DNA of 64,000 nt from an uncultured Verrucomicrobiae bacterium (GTDB lineage Bacteria > Verrucomicrobiota > Verrucomicrobiia > Limisphaerales > UBA11358), in assembly GCA_963830235.1 (NCBI GenBank), contig CAWHLR010000035.1, positions 29,838 to 93,837 on the forward strand. Reading direction: 5' to 3'. The notes under the pieces are model-generated. The model made no database searches, had not been told where the DNA came from, and worked only from the letters and a program-made list of their open reading frames with translations. Numbering within the stretch: the first letter of the stretch is position 1; every line of letters starts with the position of its first letter. This document shows positions 47,204 through 61,343 of the stretch, piece after piece. A program made the position numbers and the translations under genes.

Positions 47204-48193
47204 TCAGTTGAGGGTGGACGTTTGAATGCGTGGTTTGAGGGATTCAATGCGCTGGCGCGCGGACGCGGCGTAGGGCGAATTCGGATCCATCTGCAACACT
47301 TCGTTGTAATAAACCAGCGCGCCCCTCCACTTTTTGCTCTTTTCGTAGAAGCGCGCGATTTGAAAATTGCCGCGCACTTGTTCGGCCTTGAGCAGGGCGA
47401 TGGCTTTTTGCGCCCGCGGCACGCGCTTGTCGCCGGGGAAAAGCGTGATGAAATCGGTGAACGACGCAATCGCCTGCGCGGCGGTGTTTTGATCGTATTC
47501 GGCCGTTGCCGCCTGTCGCGCATATGAAATGCCTTCACGGAACAAGGCGTCGGCGGCAATGGTTGGCTGGTCGTGGTAACGGTCGGCGGCGGTTTCGTAA
47601 GCCTTCACCGCGTCGGGATAATTTTTCTGCTTTTCGCGCGCGGCGCCGATGCGCAATTGCGCGTGCGGAGCGACATCGCCGTAAGGGCCGTTGTTGACGA
47701 TTTTGCCGAACATTTCGGCGGTTTGATCCATGGAGGTGTAAAGCGGAATGTAACCCCAGAGCCGGAACAGCTCGCCGCCGAGGAAACGGTTGGCGATGGC
47801 ATACTGCCGCCAGATGACGTCTTCATAACGGCTGCTGCCCGGATATTTTTCGATGATGTTTTGGTAGGCTTTGAACGCGGCTTCATCCCGGCCCTTCGTC
47901 TCCAGGCAGCGGCCGATGTAATATTCCGCGTCCGGCGCGTAATCCGACAGCGGCCACACGCGCAAGATCCGGTGCGCGGCGTGAAGGGTGGTGGAGTAGT
48001 CGCCTTTGTTGAAAGCCTGCTCCGCAACGTCCAATTGTTCCTTGGCGCGGGGGCGCTGCCATTTGCCAGTCTGGCCATACGATTCGTAATACCAGCCTTC
48101 ACCCGGGACGTAAAACAACGGCGCGGGCGCGCGGAACGGAAACAGCACCACGCACGCAATGCAAATTAGCAGGAAACCAAACCGGCGGTTCAT
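47204..48193 (-). CDS. bamD: outer-membrane assembly factor BamD (TPR lipoprotein family)
   Basis: TPR-like repeats and a YfiO-like pattern. ATG 48193 chosen. Confidence 0.65.
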   Translation of the reverse strand: MNRRFGFLLICIACVVLFPFRAPAPLFYVPGEGWYYESYGQTGKWQRPRAKEQLDVAEQAFNKGDYSTTLHAAHRILRVWPLSDYAPDAEYYIGRCLETKGRDEAAFKAYQNIIEKYPGSSRYEDVIWRQYAIANRFLGGELFRLWGYIPLYTSMDQTAEMFGKIVNNGPYGDVAPHAQLRIGAAREKQKNYPDAVKAYETAADRYHDQPTIAADALFREGISYARQAATAEYDQNTAAQAIASFTDFITLFPGDKRVPRAQKAIALLKAEQVRGNFQIARFYEKSKKWRGALVYYNEVLQMDPNSPYAASARQRIESLKPRIQTSTLN

Positions 48194-48244
48194 GCAGCGA
48201 CAGTAACCACCCGGTCTCGGCAAGTCAAGGCGGTGCCGGCGGAA

Positions 48245-48757
48245 TCATCCCCGATACACAATCAGCAGGCCGTAATCCGTCAATAACTTTTGCGTGCCAA
48301 CGTCGAAGTGCGTGTAGCTGATGGTGTGAGCCACCACGAGATTGGTCTCGCCGACTTCATTCAAAAATTCCGTGGCTTTCTCGTCAAATTTGTCGTGGCC
48401 CGCCTCAATGCATTGGGAGTGGCGGATCGTCCGAACCCGGATTTTCTTGCCGGCGCCCTTGATCACCGCCTCCAAAGGGGTTTTCGGTTTGGCGATGAGC
48501 ACTTCGCCCGGTTTGTCATGCACCGGCACCTTGAGATGCATTTCAACCTTGGCGGCGGCGGACGAGGCGATGCTGTGGCCGGCCGATTGATGGCTCACGC
48601 CGGCGGGCACCTCCGGATCGGGCGGCGTGGCTGCCGCCGGAATCATGATTTTCTCGTTGCACGACGGGCACTGGATTTCCGTGCCGGCGCCGGAGTTGTC
48701 CACCGCCAGTTCCTGTTCGCAATGGGGGCAGTTAAAAACGATGTCCATAAGCGTCAA
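48245..48757 (-). CDS. zinc-ribbon protein, hypothetical
   Basis: N-terminus CPHCEQ...CPSCN. Confidence 0.5.
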   Translation of the reverse strand: MTLMDIVFNCPHCEQELAVDNSGAGTEIQCPSCNEKIMIPAAATPPDPEVPAGVSHQSAGHSIASSAAAKVEMHLKVPVHDKPGEVLIAKPKTPLEAVIKGAGKKIRVRTIRHSQCIEAGHDKFDEKATEFLNEVGETNLVVAHTISYTHFDVGTQKLLTDYGLLIVYRG

Positions 48758-48829
48758 ATGATTTTGGTGTGACTGTGCGCCGACATTAACGCCGCGCCGC
48801 GCCGCAAACCAGAAAAAAAACGCTCCGGC

Positions 48830-50371
<1,542 letters not shown>

Positions 50372-50470
50372 GAAATCAATAGTCCGAAGACCATTCTTTG
50401 CCCGTATCGCGCATTTTTGGCGAGCGAAAAATGTTTTCACCTCCGCCGGACTCGGCTAAACAACACGCGC

Positions 50471-52177
50471 ATGGCAGCTCCAACACCGCCTTCAGGCAGA
50501 GAGTGGTCGAACAAAGCGTCCCGCTGGCTGGCGCTGCACCCGAAGCTGACGCTGTTGCTGCTGGTGCTGGCCGCCCTGACGCCATTTCTGGCCAAACCGT
50601 TCAACATTGACGATCCGCTTTTTGTCTGGACGGCGCGGCAAATTCACACGCATCCGGCCGATCCGTATGGATTCAAGGTCAATTGGTATGGAACAGCGGA
50701 CCCGATGTGGTGGGTGACGGAAAATCCGCCGCTGGCCAGTTATTACCTCGCGCTGGCGGGGGGAATTTGGGGCTGGAGTGAAGTGGCATTGCACTTCGCT
50801 TTTTTGCTTCCGGCGGTCGCGGCGATTTTGGGGACCCACCGGCTGGCGCGCCGCCTCTGCCAGTCGCCGATGCTGGCGGCGCTGGCCGCCTTGTTCACGC
50901 CGGTTTTTCTGGTTTCCAGTACGACAGTGATGTGCGACGTGATGATGCTGGCGTTCTGGGTTTGGGCGGCGGCCTTCTGGCTGGAAGGACTGGAGGAAAA
51001 CCGGTCCGGCAAATTATTTGCCGCCGGCGGGTTGATCGCGCTGGCGGTATTGACGAAATACTTCGGCGCGTGCCTCATCCCGTTGCTGGTGGCCTATGGC
51101 GTGATTGGCAAACGGCGGTTCCAGCAGTGGGCCGTGCCTTTGCTGATCCCGTTGGCGGCGCTGGGCGCTTATCAGTGGATCACCTGGGCGCTTTACGGAC
51201 ACGCGCTCCTGTCCAAGGCGACGGATTACGCCGAATTTGCCAAGGGGTTTTTTGAAGTTTCGCGCGTCAATTCCGGCTTGATCGCGCTGGCGTTCACCGG
51301 CGGTTGCCTCGCGACGGCGGTTATTTTCGCGCCTTGGTTGTGGCGCCGGCGAATGCCAGCCCTGTTTGCTGGCGCGGCGGTCCTGGCCATCATGGCGCTT
51401 CTGGCCGGCGGGATGATGACGCACCCTTACAATTGGTTCCAAGGCGTGTCCCGCACGCTGGTGGAACTTCAAGTTGTTTTCTGGGCCGTGGGCGGAATCA
51501 GCGTGCTGGCCCTGGCCGGCGCGGATGTTTTCCGCCGGCGCGACGCCTCTTCGTGGCTGCTGGCGTTGTGGGTGTTCGGGACTTTTTTATTTGCGGCGTT
51601 TTTTAACTGGACCGTCAATGGCCGCTCCCTTTTGCCCCTGGCGCCGGCGGTGGGAATTTTGATCGCCCGGCGTTTGGAACAAAACGCTTTGGCAAATTAC
51701 AACGCCTTCCCGCGCGGCACAATGCTTTGTATCGTTGCCAGCGCCGCGCTTGCCTTTGGGGTGGCGCAATCGGATTTTTTGCTCGCCGTCGCCACCCGCC
51801 ATAGCGCCCGGCTGGCCTGCGCAAGCTATAAATCCGCCAATGGGAGCCTGTGGTTTCAGGGACACTGGGGATTCCAGTATTACATGGATCAAGCCGGCGC
51901 GTGGGCGCTGGATGCCAGGCGTTCCCGATTGAGAACCGGCGACACGCTTGTCCGGCCCGTGAATAACGACGCTTTTCCGCTGGACTTGAAGGACACGGTT
52001 TTGCAAGAGACCCTGTCCGTTTCCGGGCCGCGCTGGTTTGCGACCTGGAACAACTCAATCGGCGCCGGCTTTTATGCGTCATCGTGGGGACCGCTGCCAT
52101 TCGCCGTGGGCCGCACGCAACCGGAAATTGTGTCCGTTTATGTTTGGCAGCCGGCGGTTCCGGCAACGGCCAAATAA
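50471..52177 (+). CDS. GT39/ArnT-like membrane glycosyltransferase
   Basis: Only the last 569 codons of ORF 49082..52177 are used. Polytopic protein; the FLAKPFNIDDPLFVW loop pattern is typical of PMT/ArnT-like enzymes. Confidence 0.7.
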   Translation: MAAPTPPSGREWSNKASRWLALHPKLTLLLLVLAALTPFLAKPFNIDDPLFVWTARQIHTHPADPYGFKVNWYGTADPMWWVTENPPLASYYLALAGGIWGWSEVALHFAFLLPAVAAILGTHRLARRLCQSPMLAALAALFTPVFLVSSTTVMCDVMMLAFWVWAAAFWLEGLEENRSGKLFAAGGLIALAVLTKYFGACLIPLLVAYGVIGKRRFQQWAVPLLIPLAALGAYQWITWALYGHALLSKATDYAEFAKGFFEVSRVNSGLIALAFTGGCLATAVIFAPWLWRRRMPALFAGAAVLAIMALLAGGMMTHPYNWFQGVSRTLVELQVVFWAVGGISVLALAGADVFRRRDASSWLLALWVFGTFLFAAFFNWTVNGRSLLPLAPAVGILIARRLEQNALANYNAFPRGTMLCIVASAALAFGVAQSDFLLAVATRHSARLACASYKSANGSLWFQGHWGFQYYMDQAGAWALDARRSRLRTGDTLVRPVNNDAFPLDLKDTVLQETLSVSGPRWFATWNNSIGAGFYASSWGPLPFAVGRTQPEIVSVYVWQPAVPATAK

Positions 52178-52300
52178 TGGGCGGATTTTTCCCGCGGCGA
52201 CCTGCATGAATGGATGTTGCCCGGTCATGCGCTGCCGGGGGAGGTTGCCGGGCGGCGGGTTTCCATTGTCAGGCGCGCCGGATTCCGCTACAAAACCGGC

Positions 52301-52912
52301 ATGAAACCCGTCTTGCGCCTTCGCTGCCCGGCCGGCGGTTTCTCGCTGATTGAACTCCTCATCGTGCTGGCGCTGATGGTGGTCATGATGCTGATGCTTT
52401 TTGGCTTCGGTTCGGCCAGCCACCAGCGTTCGCAATTAAAACTCTGCGGGGACAACCTGCAGAAAATTTATCTGGCGATGCAAATTTACGCGAACGACTT
52501 TGGCGGCCGGCTGCCGCAAAATACCAACGCCGTAACGTCCGAGCCGGTGCTGGACGAACTCGTGCCGCACTACACGGCGGACACCTCCATTTTCATCTGC
52601 CCCGGCGGCCGGGACTCGCAGATCCGGTCCGGCGACCCGCTCGCCAAGCACAAGATCAGCTATGCCTACTACATGGGCCGCCGGCTCGACCCGCCGCAAA
52701 GCGTTTTGATGTCCGACCGGCAGGTGGACACGCAGCCCAAGGCCGCGGGCGAATTTGTTTTTTCCCCGAACGGAAAACCGCCGGGCAACAACCACCACAA
52801 ATACGGCGGCAATTTTCTGCTGGGCGACGGCAGCGTGCAGCCCAGCCCCGCGCAATTGACATTTTCACTTCCCGCCACGCCCGGGGTCGTGCTGCTAAAC
52901 CCGAAACCCTAG
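52301..52912 (+). CDS. prepilin-type N-terminal methylation-domain protein with an H-X9-DG motif (DUF1559-like)
   Basis: GFSLIELLIVLALMVV at the N-terminus; HHKYGGNFLLGDGSV near the C-terminus. Confidence 0.75.
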   Translation: MKPVLRLRCPAGGFSLIELLIVLALMVVMMLMLFGFGSASHQRSQLKLCGDNLQKIYLAMQIYANDFGGRLPQNTNAVTSEPVLDELVPHYTADTSIFICPGGRDSQIRSGDPLAKHKISYAYYMGRRLDPPQSVLMSDRQVDTQPKAAGEFVFSPNGKPPGNNHHKYGGNFLLGDGSVQPSPAQLTFSLPATPGVVLLNPKP

Positions 52913-52918
52913 ACTCGC

Positions 52919-55225
52919 ATGAAAATCCAATGTTCCTGCGGCGCGAAGTATAGTTTTGACGTCACCCCGGAAATGGCGCGGAACCCCATGCGCTTCGTCT
53001 GCCAGAAATGCGGCCTGGATTCGTCGGATTTTGTCAACGAACTGGTCCGCAACGAAATCGCGAAACAATTTCCCGACCCCGCTTCACCGCCGCCAGCCGC
53101 CGCGCAGTTGAGAATTTCGCGTGAGGAGAACCCGGCGGAGCCGCCGTCGGCCGCGCCGGCTGCCCAGTATTGTTCGAGACATCGCACCACACCGGTGACG
53201 GAAAAATGCGCCGTTTGCGGGAAACCGATCTGTCCGCAGTGCCTCGAACTGTTCGGCTACTTTTGCTCGCCGCTTTGCAGAACAAGGCCGATTTGCAAGG
53301 GGTCGCCGTGCCGGTATATGCCGGGCAAAAATTCCAGGTGCAGGCGCGGTTTTGGCGGAAGACCGGATTGATTTTGGGTTCACTGGGCGCCGTTCTGGCC
53401 CTGGCCCTGGGCTTCTGGACCTGGTATGCGTGGATCGGCTCCGTGCCGCATACGCATTTATCCGTGCGTTTTGACGACGCTGACCGCGCGTACGCTGGCG
53501 CCACGCAACTGGTGGGCAAGGACCAGATTGTTTTTCTGCACGGCGGCACCCTGGCGCGCTACGATCTGAAAACGAAAAAACCCGTCTGGTCGCTGGAACT
53601 GGTCACGAAGGCCCAGATCGCCGAACGTCGTCAAATCGGAAAACGATTTGATTGCGCGCGCCAGCCAGTCGGGCGAAGGCATCCCGGCTCCGCCGCCGGG
53701 ATCGCAGGAGCGCGAGGCGAAAATCGCGCTCCAGCGCGAGCTGTCGTTGCAAGTTTCCGGCCAGAATATCTGGGTGGTCCAGCCGGACAAGCTCACGCAT
53801 TACGATTGGGCCAGCGGCAGGGTTTTGCAGGAAATCCCGCTGCCGCAATACCACGACGAAATTATTTCGCGCCAGGATGAGCTGCTGGTGCCGGAATCCG
53901 GGGTGGGCACAGAGTCCATCACGCACATCAGCCTCGCAAACGGCGAGGAACACACGGAGGAATTTAACGAGACGGGTGGGGCTGCCGTCGCTTCCGCGGG
54001 AGGCGCCGGCGGAAGTTCAGGGAGTTCCGCCCCGGGCGCCGGCGGCGGCCAGTCGTCCGACGTGCAGAAACTTGCGGACCAGGCGCAGAATTTGAATCTG
54101 CCCGGACGGATTGCGTTGCCGGCGCTGCTCGCCAACGAGATGCACGAGCGGCAAATCATGGCCGAACTCAAGGACAACAACCCGGGCCGCTCCCGGCCGG
54201 CAAACCCCAGGAAGCCTCAAAGGGAAGCCGTCCATTTCACGCTCGTTCCCGACCAAAATGGTTACATGCAGATCGCGGTGCGTTTGCTCGAAGAACGCAT
54301 CGTCACGCGCGAGGCGATGAAAGCGCCGCCCAAAAAATCCGCGCTCGACGGCGACCTTACAGCCGGCAAATCCATGGAGGCGGCCAATGACATGTTGAAC
54401 GAAATGCGGCGCAGCAGCGGCGGCGACAAGGTTTCGGAAGACCAAAGCCGTTATCAAGTCACTCTCCACCGGCCGGATTCAACGGGCGCCTCCGACTGGA
54501 CCGGCGAAGTGAGTGGACCGCCCCAGTTGTTCCCTTTGAAAACCGTGAATGTTCTCGCCGCAGGCAGAACGGTCATCGTCTTCGACAAGTCGAACAAAAA
54601 ACTTTGGGAAGCCACGCTCACCTACCCCATCTCCGCCGGCCTGCGCGGATTCGGCGGGGCCGAATCGCGGTTCGGCGACGGCCCGTGCGTCGAACACGGC
54701 GGCCTGCTTTACGTTTTTGACCAGGCGGTTTTGAGCGCCTATGACCTGGCCACCGGCAATGCGCGCTGGCGTTTGCCGTCCATCGGCGTCGTGGGCTTGT
54801 TTTTCGACGACCAGGGAATGCTTTATATTAACACCACCACCGGCAACCCGGACGACATCAAATATGCCCGCCAGATTGACATAACCAAAGCCACGGCCGC
54901 AGTGCTCCTCAAAGTTGACCCCCGGAGCGGCAAGATTTTGTGGAACGTCAGGCCCGGCGGATTTATTTGCCACCTGTCGGGCAGGTATATTTACCTCCTC
55001 CAGTCCAATGACCCAAACCCCACCGACGAAGAAGTGATGAACGACATGATGGCCTCGCTGCAAAAACCGCCCTACCTCCGCGTCGCGCGCATCAATCCGA
55101 AAAATGGACGGGTGCTGTGGCAATTTTATCAAGACCGCGCGCCCGTTTACTTCCGGTTCAATGACAATTTCATCGAGCTGGTCTTCAAAAAAGAGGTGCA
55201 GGTGCTGACCTACCTGTCATTCTAA
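52919..55225 (+). CDS. zinc-ribbon / TM / PQQ-like beta-propeller protein, with two frameshifts (~53275 and ~53630)
   Basis: Three ORF-track pieces (52919.., 53170.., 53648..) join seamlessly: FCSPLC|QNKADLQG and KAQIAERRQ|..DLIARASQ. Confidence 0.6.
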
Positions 55226-55230
55226 AATTT

Positions 55231-55554
55231 CTACTGCTTCACCACTTTCACCTCGCCCTTGGTGGCGTCGTATTCAATTTTGTAACCGATGGGCGCGGGC
55301 GGAATTTTAGCGACGTAGCTGGGCGTCAATTCCTCGAGCGTTTTCGGGTAACGCCCTTCCTGCACGTTGAACATTTGCACCGCCTGGTTGAGATACGAAA
55401 CGTCAATCGTCTTGTCCGCCGTCTTTTTCGCGTTGACCAGGGTGCCCCCGTAATCCAACGCCTTTTTGTTGTCTTCAACCGAACCGTATTTGCTTTTGTC
55501 GCAACCGGCCACAAGCAACCCGGCCGCGACCAAAATCAGGAAGAACGCTTTCAT
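55231..55554 (-). CDS. lipoprotein, hypothetical
   Basis: Lipobox LVAGCDK. Confidence 0.5.
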   Translation of the reverse strand: MKAFFLILVAAGLLVAGCDKSKYGSVEDNKKALDYGGTLVNAKKTADKTIDVSYLNQAVQMFNVQEGRYPKTLEELTPSYVAKIPPAPIGYKIEYDATKGEVKVVKQ

Positions 55555-55659
55555 ACCGGCAATCTAGCCCAAATCATGGAAAATCCAAGCTGAACTTGGG
55601 CGGGCAACTGGGTTGGAGCGCAGGGCTGTGGCACGATCCGTCAGACCCAAACCCGGACT

Positions 55660-57786
<2,127 letters not shown>

Positions 57787-57797
57787 CTCCTTAACCG

Positions 57798-57927
57798 GTA
57801 GCAGCCGACGTGAGGAGGCTCATTATTTCGACATTCGATATACGATGTGCGTGAGTTGCGGAAAGATTCGTAAATCGCAAATCGCGTATCGTAAATTCAG
57901 TCAGAGCCTCCTCACGTCGGCTGCTAC
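57798..57927. repeat. 130-nt palindromic (MITE/REP-like) element with perfect 24-bp inverted termini
   Basis: GTAGCAGCCGACGTGAGGAGGCTC at 57798-57821 has its exact reverse complement at 57904-57927. The interior carries 7-nt-phased TCGTAAA/TCGCAAA/TCGCGTA/TCGTAAA. Confidence 0.8.
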
Positions 57928-57933
57928 AAGTGT

Positions 57934-58713
57934 TTAGATTTCAATCACCGTGATTTCCGGACGGCAGTTGAAACGGATGGGGATCGGATACCAGCCGATA
58001 CCGGGGTTGACATACAACGGACCGGCGGGCGTGTGAAACAGGCCCAGATCATATTCGTCCACCATGGGGGGAACGATGAGCGGGCCAAAGAAGGGAATGC
58101 GCACCTGGCCGCCGTGGGAATGTCCCGCCAGAATCAAATCAAACGATTCTTTGCCCAGTTGCTTGACCCAGGCCGGATAGTGCATCAGCAAAATGTTTTT
58201 CATTCCGGGCTGGCCGGAAGGCGGCGGATAATGCCGGCCAAACTGGGCCAGGCCGATGAGATTGATTTTTCCGCCGGCGATGACGTGTTGCTGGTTCACC
58301 AGCCAGGCGCCGCCGGTGGCGGCGAAGCATTTGCTGATGCCGGCAAACGGCGCGCGGCTCCAGTAATCGTGGTTCCCGGGAACGCCATACATCGGGGCTT
58401 TGATGCCGGACAGGATTTCGAGCGCCTCGGGCAGAAATTTTCCCTCTTCCATGATGTCGCCGGTGAAACACACAAAATCGGGCTTTTGCGAATTGATCAT
58501 CTCCACGACGGATTGAGCGTGGGCGCGGTCGCCTTTGTAGTGCAAATCGGTGAAATGAACGAAGCGATGGACCGGCTTGCCTCGCGCCAGCCGCAACCGG
58601 CGAATTTTCACCCATTGCGGTTCGAGCCACGCGGCATCGGCGGCCACCACGCAGGGCGCGGCCAGCAATCCTGTGGCGAGGAAGGCGCGGCGGCTGAATT
58701 TGCGCGGTTTCAT
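57934..58713 (-). CDS. Tat-signal metallophosphoesterase
   Basis: SRRAFLATG, DLHY, GDIME, GNHD and GHSHGG. Confidence 0.8.
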   Translation of the reverse strand: MKPRKFSRRAFLATGLLAAPCVVAADAAWLEPQWVKIRRLRLARGKPVHRFVHFTDLHYKGDRAHAQSVVEMINSQKPDFVCFTGDIMEEGKFLPEALEILSGIKAPMYGVPGNHDYWSRAPFAGISKCFAATGGAWLVNQQHVIAGGKINLIGLAQFGRHYPPPSGQPGMKNILLMHYPAWVKQLGKESFDLILAGHSHGGQVRIPFFGPLIVPPMVDEYDLGLFHTPAGPLYVNPGIGWYPIPIRFNCRPEITVIEI

Positions 58714-58777
58714 AAAGTCATTCCCGCGTCAGACATTGCGCGCGGCAACTGGCAACGGTAAGTTGGATGCCACGCCC

Positions 58778-60484
58778 ATGGGTTCCGTTCAATCAAATAC
58801 TTCACCGCTGTGGTTGTTGCTGCGGGTCAACGCGCGGCTAAGCTGGCGGCGGCTGCTGGCCGCGCGCAAACAATCGCGCCTGCTCACGGGCGTCATCGGA
58901 TTGTTCATCATCAGCTACCTGGTCGTGTCGTTCGGACTGTTTTATCACGGGCTGAGATTCATCGCGAAATTTCCGGGTCTGGGCGCGGTGCTCACCGAAC
59001 GTCTGTTCTACGTCCTGTTCGCGTTTTTGTTCGCGCTGCTGCTGTTGAGCAATCTGGTCATCGGCTACACGAACTTGTTCCGCAACCGGGAGACGGCATT
59101 CTTGCTGTCGCTGCCGGTTCCGGCCCAGACCATCTTCCGCTGGAAATTCATCGAATCCACCCTGCTGGCTTCCTGGGCGTTTGTCTTTTTGATTTCGCCG
59201 CTGCTGGCGGCGTTCGGCTTGTTGCGCGGGGTGCCGTGGCATTTTTATCCGGTGACGCTGATGTTGATTGTGCTGTTCATCGTGCTGCCGGGCGTGCTGG
59301 GCACCAGTGTGGCAATCTGGGTCGGGCGGTATCTGGACCGGCGCAGCTTTCAAATCGCCCTGATGGGAACCGCCCTGGTTTTGCTGGCGCTGGCGGCGTT
59401 CTGGTGGAAGGCGCAGCCGGTGGACGACAGTTTGCTGGATCGGCGCACGCTCGAGGCACTCGATCAACTGCTCGCCAAAACGCGGTTCACCCTGTTTCCG
59501 TTCCTGCCGAGCTACTGGCTGTCATCGGCCGTGCTGCAATGGGCCGAGGGCGTCCGGCGCGGCGCGGTGTTTTTCGCGCTGGTGCTGTTGAGCCACACGC
59601 TGTTTTTCGGCGCCATTGCGTTCACGCGGTTTGGCCGTTTGTTTTATGATACTGCTTCGGCGGTGCAAAGCCGTGCGGGCAGCGGATGGAACTGGTTTCG
59701 CGCCCGGCAGGATCGCCGGTATTTTGTCGGGACGCTGGAAAAAATCACGGCGAAAATACCCTGGCTCGACCGCGACACCCGCGCGCTGGCGGTCAAAGAC
59801 CTGCGGATGTTCTGGCGCGACACCACGCAATGGGGCCAGTCGGTGATGCTGTTCGGCCTGCTCGGCGTCTATATCATCAACCTGCGCAACTTCACGCACC
59901 AGTTGAGCAGCCCGTTCTGGGTCAACCTGGTCGCGTTTCTGAATCTCGGCGTTTGCTCGCTCAACCTCGCCTCGGTGACGACGCGGTTTGTGTTTCCGCA
60001 ATTTTCGCTGGAAGGCCAGCGGCTATGGATCGTCGGCATGGCGCCGATGGGCATGGCGCGCGTGGTCAAAATCAAATTCTGGCTGGCCAGCACCCTGTCG
60101 CTCTTCGTGACATTTGGCCTCATCATGCTGTCGTGCTATCTGCTCAAAACGAGCTGGGACCGCGCGCTGTTTTTTGGCGCGGTGGTCACCATCATGACGT
60201 TTGCGCTCAATGGGCTGGCCATCGGATTGGGGGTGTTGTATCCGAACCTGAAGGAATCCAACCCGAACAAGATCGTCAGCGGTTTCGGCGGTACGCTGTG
60301 TTTCGTGCTGAGCTCGCTTTACATCCTGGCGTCCGTGCTGTTGCTCATGTTCGGCGCGGCCGGCTGGCACGCGCGCGCGAGCTGGGCGGCGGAAGGCCTC
60401 GCCGGCTTCGTGCTGCTGTCGGCTGGCATCGGCTGGTTGCCGCTCAAATTCGGGCTGCAACAGTTGAAGAACTTCGAGATGTAA
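58778..60484 (+). CDS. polytopic membrane protein (ABC-exporter-like permease?)
   Basis: ATG 58778. More than 10 hydrophobic segments. No catalytic motif recognised. Confidence 0.5.
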   Translation: MGSVQSNTSPLWLLLRVNARLSWRRLLAARKQSRLLTGVIGLFIISYLVVSFGLFYHGLRFIAKFPGLGAVLTERLFYVLFAFLFALLLLSNLVIGYTNLFRNRETAFLLSLPVPAQTIFRWKFIESTLLASWAFVFLISPLLAAFGLLRGVPWHFYPVTLMLIVLFIVLPGVLGTSVAIWVGRYLDRRSFQIALMGTALVLLALAAFWWKAQPVDDSLLDRRTLEALDQLLAKTRFTLFPFLPSYWLSSAVLQWAEGVRRGAVFFALVLLSHTLFFGAIAFTRFGRLFYDTASAVQSRAGSGWNWFRARQDRRYFVGTLEKITAKIPWLDRDTRALAVKDLRMFWRDTTQWGQSVMLFGLLGVYIINLRNFTHQLSSPFWVNLVAFLNLGVCSLNLASVTTRFVFPQFSLEGQRLWIVGMAPMGMARVVKIKFWLASTLSLFVTFGLIMLSCYLLKTSWDRALFFGAVVTIMTFALNGLAIGLGVLYPNLKESNPNKIVSGFGGTLCFVLSSLYILASVLLLMFGAAGWHARASWAAEGLAGFVLLSAGIGWLPLKFGLQQLKNFEM

Positions 60485-60586
60485 ATCATCAGTGGCAGCC
60501 GACGTGAGTCGGCTCCAACCTCGCTTTGGATTAGATGAGCGGACTAACTACAAGCTTTGAAACGCACTCCGCCGCCCATCCCGAAA

Positions 60587-61240
60587 TTATTCCCGCACAA
60601 ATTTCTCCAGCGCCTCAAACAGCAACGGCGCGCTGGCCACGTGCGCCGCCTTGCCATCCCGCGCCAGCAAACCAAAGCCCTCGCCGTAAGCCGGACCGTT
60701 CGCCACGCACATATCGGTGGAACATTCGGCGATTTGCTGTTGGGCGGCGCTGAGGGCGTCGGTATGCGCGCCATCCGCCACAAATTTCCAGCCCACGATG
60801 CGCGTTCGCGGAAACCAGCCGCGCAACTCGGCGATAATCTTGGGCGTCGGCACCAGCTCGACGAGCAGCTTGCCCGGCCGGCTGGGAATTTTATTAACCG
60901 ATTTGATCTCGGCGAGCTTGCCGGATTCGTTGGGCATGAAAATTTTTCCGAACGCAAAATCGCCGACCGCCGCCGCGTGAAAAATCGCGTCCACCTTTTT
61001 GGACGACACGGCTTTGAGTTTCTGGCGCAGATCCGCCGTCGTGGTGAAAGTCTCCACCCGCTGGGCGCGCCGCTCGCCGGCATACGTGGCGGTTTCGCCA
61101 ATGAGCAGAATCACCGTGTGGCCGCGCGCAGTGAGAAAATTGGCCAGATCCGTGCCGAGGCGGCCGGTGGAGAAATTCGTCAGCCGCCGCACGTCGTCCA
61201 GCGGCTCGTAAGTGGGTCCGGCAGTGACGATGCAGTTCAT
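60587..61240 (-). CDS. coaB: phosphopantothenate-cysteine ligase (CoaB-like)
   Basis: IVTAGPTYEPLDDVRRLTNFSTGRLG and HAAAVGDF fit the DFP C-terminal domain. ATG 61240. Confidence 0.7.
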   Translation of the reverse strand: MNCIVTAGPTYEPLDDVRRLTNFSTGRLGTDLANFLTARGHTVILLIGETATYAGERRAQRVETFTTTADLRQKLKAVSSKKVDAIFHAAAVGDFAFGKIFMPNESGKLAEIKSVNKIPSRPGKLLVELVPTPKIIAELRGWFPRTRIVGWKFVADGAHTDALSAAQQQIAECSTDMCVANGPAYGEGFGLLARDGKAAHVASAPLLFEALEKFVRE

Positions 61241-61343
61241 GCCGCGAGAATAGCGGATGGATGTGGTGGATGGAAGAGCGAATCGCACCCATTGATCCTC
61301 GTAGGAGACGACCATGCAAAGCAAAGTGGAAAATGAATGCCTA

